A program made the translations under genes and the position numbers. A DNA stretch of 54,074 nt from the IMG/VR virus record IMGVR_UViG_3300009783_000001. One strand, written 5' to 3'. Below, in pieces: positions 51,335 through 54,074 of the stretch. The notes under the pieces are model-generated. The model was not told where the DNA came from. It did no database searches and saw only the letters and a list, made by a program, of their open reading frames with translations. How positions within the stretch are numbered: the first letter of the stretch is position 1; each line of letters starts with the position of its first letter. The DNA comes from a virus.

Positions 51335-51365
51335 TGCGCCGCCCTCCGGGGCGGTGCTTCGGCGT
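51335..51365 (+). terminator. intrinsic terminator-like hairpin
   Basis: GCGCCGCCC-tcc-GGGGCGGTGC followed by TTCGGCGTG. Confidence 0.5.
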
Positions 51366-51409
51366 GAGAGGGGCGCAGGAGCGTCGTAGCGGCGGTGTGG
51401 GGGCAGACA

Positions 51410-51425
51410 GGAATGCTAGCATTCC
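51410..51425. repeat. GGAATGCTAGCATTCC 16-bp perfect palindrome (AATGCTAGCATT copy 2)
   Basis: Core at 51412-51423. Confidence 0.7.
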
Positions 51426-51587
51426 CGGCGTAAAACAGCGTCAAAGAGCTCTAGTTTGGTCCGTGAAGAGATTCTCCGCCTAAGGAGATGCGAGGGCAGT
51501 GCCCGCAGGGTCGCCCCACTATGGGGGTCAACTCGCTTAGGACGCTTCTGACGCGATCTGACGCCACACGCCACCAGAAGGAAATGG

Positions 51588-51617
51588 TTGACAAGCGATC
51601 GCCCGCATTGGCAGGAT
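51588..51617 (+). promoter_or_regulatory. promoter of leaderless ORF 51624
   Basis: TTGACA, 18 nt, CAGGAT, then exactly 6 nt to the ATG. Confidence 0.5.
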
Positions 51618-51623
51618 CTGCCC

Positions 51624-51758
51624 ATGACCCGCACACGCAACCTCATCGCCGCATCCGCCCTCGCCCTCGCCGTCGCCCTGACCGCGTGCCAACCCGCTCC
51701 GCCCATCGAGTCGTGCGACCCGCTCCCCGGCATGCCCTGCACTCCCGAGCACCCCTGA
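51624..51758 (+). CDS. tiny predicted lipoprotein (44 aa)
   Basis: MTRTRNLIAASALALAVALTAC: basic n-region, hydrophobic core and an L-T-A-C lipobox. The mature part is 23 aa with 3 Cys. Confidence 0.5.
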   Translation: MTRTRNLIAASALALAVALTACQPAPPIESCDPLPGMPCTPEHP

Positions 51759-51763
51759 CCGGG

Positions 51764-51779
51764 TGTGCCGAACGTCACA
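51764..51779. promoter_or_regulatory. TGTG-N7-TCACA near-site upstream of promoter 51791
   Basis: TGTGCCGAACGTCACA. Confidence 0.4.
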
Positions 51780-51790
51780 GAAGAAAGTCC

Positions 51791-51818
51791 TTGACATCGT
51801 GCCCGAGTCATATAGGAT
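51791..51818 (+). promoter_or_regulatory. promoter of leaderless ORF 51825
   Basis: GAAGAAAGTCC-TTGACA, 16 nt, TAGGAT, then exactly 6 nt to the ATG. Confidence 0.6.
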
Positions 51819-51824
51819 GACTGC

Positions 51825-51947
51825 ATGAACCGCACCGACGAACACACCAACCACGACCACGGCCTTTGCGAGGGATGCGGCGAGGAGACCTGCCTCGCCA
51901 AGGATTCCGACCTCTGCCTCGCCTGCGCCTACGACCCGGAGTACTGA
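51825..51947 (+). CDS. Cys-rich micro-protein (40 aa)
   Basis: MNRTDEHTNHDHGLCEGCGEETCLAKDSDLCLAC. Below the ORF-track cutoff. Confidence 0.4.
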   Translation: MNRTDEHTNHDHGLCEGCGEETCLAKDSDLCLACAYDPEY

Positions 51948-51949
51948 TC

Positions 51950-52117
51950 ATGAACCACATCGACACCCACGACGAAGAACTCGCCGACTGCCCGACCCAC
52001 GGCGACGACCAGGTGGTCACCGCCATCCACACGGGGCCGGGGTTCTGCACTCCGATGACCCTGCTCACCCTCGCCTGCGGTTGCCAACAGGTCGAGGGCG
52101 ACCACATCGAGGACTGA
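51950..52117 (+). CDS. Cys-containing micro-protein (55 aa)
   Basis: MNHIDTHDEELADCPTHGDD...LACGCQQ. Starts 2 nt after the previous stop. Confidence 0.45.
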   Translation: MNHIDTHDEELADCPTHGDDQVVTAIHTGPGFCTPMTLLTLACGCQQVEGDHIED

Positions 52118-52123
52118 ACCTTC

Positions 52124-52156
52124 CCGCCGCCGCCCTCCGGGGCGGTGGTTTGGTGT
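52124..52156 (+). terminator. intrinsic terminator
   Basis: CCGCCGCCC-tcc-GGGGCGGTGG followed by TTTGGTGT. Confidence 0.6.
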
Positions 52157-52262
52157 CGACCTTCGTGGAGTCGGAAGTTCAGGTCGTAGGTGTGGGACCT
52201 CAAGTTAGGTTCTCGTAGGGAGCCCGTAGGAGTCGACGAGAGGGCCGCTCGCCCAATCACTC

Positions 52263-52274
52263 AATGCTAGCATT
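52263..52274. repeat. AATGCTAGCATT palindrome, copy 3
   Basis: Context CTCAATGCTAGCATTC, identical to the copy 1 context. Confidence 0.7.
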
Positions 52275-52373
52275 CCTGACATGATAGGGAGTCGTTAGGA
52301 CACTCCTCAGGATGACTGATCGCATCACGTCGATCGTCGATGACCGATCGCCGACCTCCTGGGAAGAAAGTCC

Positions 52374-52402
52374 TTTACTTGTGCCCTGAGGTAAGGTACT
52401 AT
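52374..52402 (+). promoter_or_regulatory. promoter of leaderless ORF 52409
   Basis: GAAGAAAGTCC-TTTACT, 17 nt, TACTAT, then exactly 6 nt to the ATG. Confidence 0.5.
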
Positions 52403-52408
52403 ACCTAC

Positions 52409-52684
52409 ATGCCCTCCACCACCCACTTCAACTGCCCCACCTGCGATCGGCTCGGGCCTGCCGGTCGGGATCGCGAACAGGAACTCAAGAACCTCCGGGC
52501 ACGCCTCCGCAGGGTCTACCGCAACTACAACCCGACTCCTGATGAGGGAATCGGAACCAAGGCCTGGTCCGACCACATGAAGAAGGTTCGCCCGATCTTC
52601 GACTCCATGGATGACTACAAGTCCATGCTGACCATCGACCGCCAGGCCCTGAAGGATCACCTCCAGGAAGGTGTGGGAGGCTGA
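52409..52684 (+). CDS. hypothetical protein with N-terminal CPTC (91 aa)
   Basis: MPSTTHFNCPTCDRLGPAGRDREQELKNLRARLRRV... Confidence 0.5.
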   Translation: MPSTTHFNCPTCDRLGPAGRDREQELKNLRARLRRVYRNYNPTPDEGIGTKAWSDHMKKVRPIFDSMDDYKSMLTIDRQALKDHLQEGVGG

Positions 52685-52696
52685 CCCTGCCGAGGA

Positions 52697-52712
52697 AGTG
52701 ACCAACGTCACA
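52697..52712. promoter_or_regulatory. GTGA-N6-TCACA site
   Basis: AGTGACCAACGTCACA. Confidence 0.45.
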
Positions 52713-52892
52713 TAAGTATTCTTGGTGTATAGGGCAGGGGGAGCCTATATGCCGGGTATGGGCCCCCTACCTCCCTGCTCCTACCACGAAGATTTTTGGG
52801 AGGGTTTTTCCAAACCTATGGAGAAAGGCCTGAGTAGACCGCCCTGGATAGGTCCCTAGGATGGCCTCAGAATCGCCCCCATATGGGCGCCC

Positions 52893-52904
52893 TATGCTAG
52901 CATT
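52893..52904. repeat. ATGCTAGCAT palindrome, copy 4
   Basis: TATGCTAGCATT; 10-bp perfect core at 52894-52903. Confidence 0.6.
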
Positions 52905-52946
52905 GAGGGCACAGAGGGAGGGCTCTAGGCATTGCTCAGGCTCTAG

Positions 52947-53232
52947 AGGTAGGTAAGTGGGCAGGCATCAGCAGTAGGTAGTAGTAGGTAGGTGGGTAGG
53001 TAGGATGGGTAGGTAGTAGGTACCTCAGAGGTAGGCATATGGGTAGGTATAGGCAGGGGGCAGGTATAGGTAGGTATGTGGGTATGGGTACCAGGTGGGT
53101 AGGTGGGTAGTATTCTGGTAGGGATATCAGCATCCTGATCGTGGTAGGTGGGAGGTGAGTAGTAGTAGGATAGAGGAGGGCATTGCCTTCCTTCATTGGT
53201 AGGTAAGAGAGGAGGGTGGGGGATGGGGGTAT
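52947..53232 (+). repeat. C-depleted GGTAGG/GGGTAGGT repeat block
   Basis: At least 12 GGTAGG copies. Hand count gives 24 C in 286 nt, with C-free runs of 50, 40 and 38 nt. Bounded by GGTAGGTAAG at both ends (52948 and 53198). Confidence 0.85.
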
Positions 53233-53534
53233 CCCTAACTGCTCCAGTGTCCGCTCCGTCCTCCGTTGGTAGGATGAGAGCAGTAGGTCCCGGGTCTGTG
53301 ACGAACAACAAACAACGAACCACGACGACGAAGGCTGAACCCCCCCGGGTCATATGGTGTACGTGTTGTAGTAACGACCGTCCTCTACTCCGCCTGCGAA
53401 CTTCTGGCTCTTTTCCAAATCTTTGCTACCACGTCACACCATGCACAGGGCGATATGCCCTCACCGTCGATAGCCGTACAAACCCCGTACGACTAAACCA
53501 CACTATCACGGGCAGATCGAATAGAGCGTTCTCC

Positions 53535-53563
53535 TTGCCTAGAAAGAACCCATGCGATAGAGT
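53535..53563 (+). promoter_or_regulatory. sigma70-like promoter at the head of the late operon
   Basis: TTGCCT (53535-53540), 17 nt, TAGAGT (53558-53563). AAAGGAG RBS before ATG 53591. Confidence 0.5.
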
Positions 53564-53590
53564 CTAGGCTCACCGACAAAGGAGTACAGC

Positions 53591-53980
53591 ATGCTGCTGT
53601 CCTACGACCACTGCCTCGACCTCGCCATCCGGGGACCCTGGGGCTCCGAACCCCCGACCACGAAGGAGATCACCGACCGAGCCGACGCGTACTTCAAGGC
53701 TCAGGGCCAGGTCAAGCCTGGGGACCTGAAGCCCATCTCGGACGCCCTCGGCATCGACACCGGCGAGATCCCGCCCGGCCCCGATGTCATCGACGTGGTC
53801 CTCGCCCGGATCGCCGAGATCAAGGAGCGGCTGCAGGGGCGGAACGGCGACAACGCCATCCTCAACTCCGAGGTGGCCGAGCTCACCCGGAAGCTGAGCA
53901 AGACCGAGCTCCGCCTCATCGACCTGACTGCGTGCTTGTGCCCGAAGTTCGCCCGCGCTGACCGAGGGGACCGGGCATGA
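53591..53980 (+). CDS. hypothetical protein (129 aa), first gene of the late operon
   Basis: ATG with an AAAGGAG RBS. Its 3' end runs into the terminal repeat and is ATGA-coupled to the ORF annotated at 26-235. Confidence 0.55.
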   Translation: MLLSYDHCLDLAIRGPWGSEPPTTKEITDRADAYFKAQGQVKPGDLKPISDALGIDTGEIPPGPDVIDVVLARIAEIKERLQGRNGDNAILNSEVAELTRKLSKTELRLIDLTACLCPKFARADRGDRA

Positions 53981-54074
53981 GCGCCGCAGACCGCACCATC
54001 CAGCCGATGCGCGAGCGTCCGGGCCGACCTGTCGCCTCCGGCTTCACGCTGCTGCCGCCCGCCGAGCAAGAACG
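53952..54074. repeat. terminal direct repeat, right copy (identical to 1-123)
   Basis: Same 123-nt string as 1-123. Could be an assembly overlap of a circular or circularly permuted genome, or a true DTR. Confidence 0.95.

Noticed and set aside
52947-53232. CRISPR array
   Set aside because: There is no constant-length repeat alternating with unique spacers. The units are short degenerate G/T/A words, and no cas genes are present.
52943-53353. Minus-strand ORFs (136 and 86 aa) encoding PTY/LPT-rich repeats across the GGTAGG block
   Set aside because: They are open only because the + strand lacks C, so there are no TCA/CTA and few TTA. They have no RBS, codon usage unlike the rest of the genome, and two overlapping frames equally open. 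I treat the block as a non-coding repeat.
1-54074. Lysogeny module, transposase/IS, or tRNA genes
   Set aside because: No ORF shows tyrosine- or serine-recombinase, CI/Cro-pair, ParA/ParB or DDE motifs by eye. No intergenic stretch shows a T-loop (GGTTCGAATCC-like) or a cloverleaf. An absence call made by eye is only moderately reliable.

Overview
The window is one complete, GC-rich tailed-phage genome of about 53.95 kb. Its first 123 nt recur exactly at the end (1-123 = 53952-54074), so the molecule is circular or terminally redundant. The virion module is siphovirus-type: tape measure and major tail protein, with no sheath.

Layout:
- A long rightward late operon runs from 53591 across the junction to 24363. 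It holds small ORFs, terS, an accessory insert (JAB peptidase, fibre-like protein, beta-helix/esterase), terL, portal, scaffold, capsid, connectors, tail, endolysin and membrane lysis proteins.
- One isolated leftward gene sits at 24617-25120.
- A rightward replication, recombination and nucleotide-metabolism block spans 25318-39054. It holds ligase, SNF2 helicase, dNMP kinase, NTP pyrophosphatase, two ThyA-fold paralogues, dCMP deaminase, PolA with a UDG-like N-domain, ThyX, Cas4-like nuclease, Sak4-like ATPase, a DUF669-like SSB and VRR-NUC.
- Leftward early operons of small proteins span 44344-39314.
- A rightward primase-helicase operon spans 44548-48411.
- An unusual 4.5-kb array of mini transcription units spans 48.4-52.9 kb. 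It ends in a 286-nt C-depleted GGTAGG repeat block (52947-53232) just upstream of the late promoter.

I found no integrase, repressor module, tRNA, CRISPR array or transposase. An actinobacterial host is an inference from TTGACA-N17-TAnnnT promoters, a GAAAGG Shine-Dalgarno, leaderless ORFs and PAKKA-type lysine repeats.

Most interesting leads:
1. A T4-like pyrimidine toolkit with two surplus, divergent ThyA-fold enzymes that appear to carry Asp at the Asn177-equivalent position. This suggests C5-modified cytosine DNA.
2. The cassette array of leaderless Cys-rich micro-genes and HTH/acidic-tail paralogues, interleaved with stop-rich spacers. The spacers carry TGTGA-N6-TCACA, AATGCTAGCATT and YTAGG(G)ACRC motifs.
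3. The GGTAGG block.
4. A stand-alone JAB isopeptidase, possibly fused to the upstream ORF through a G5 run.
5. An in-frame TAG splitting a lysis-cassette membrane protein.

Limits: all functional calls rest on motif recognition by eye, with no database or HMM search. Start codons are often uncertain, and motif scans outside intergenic regions were not exhaustive.
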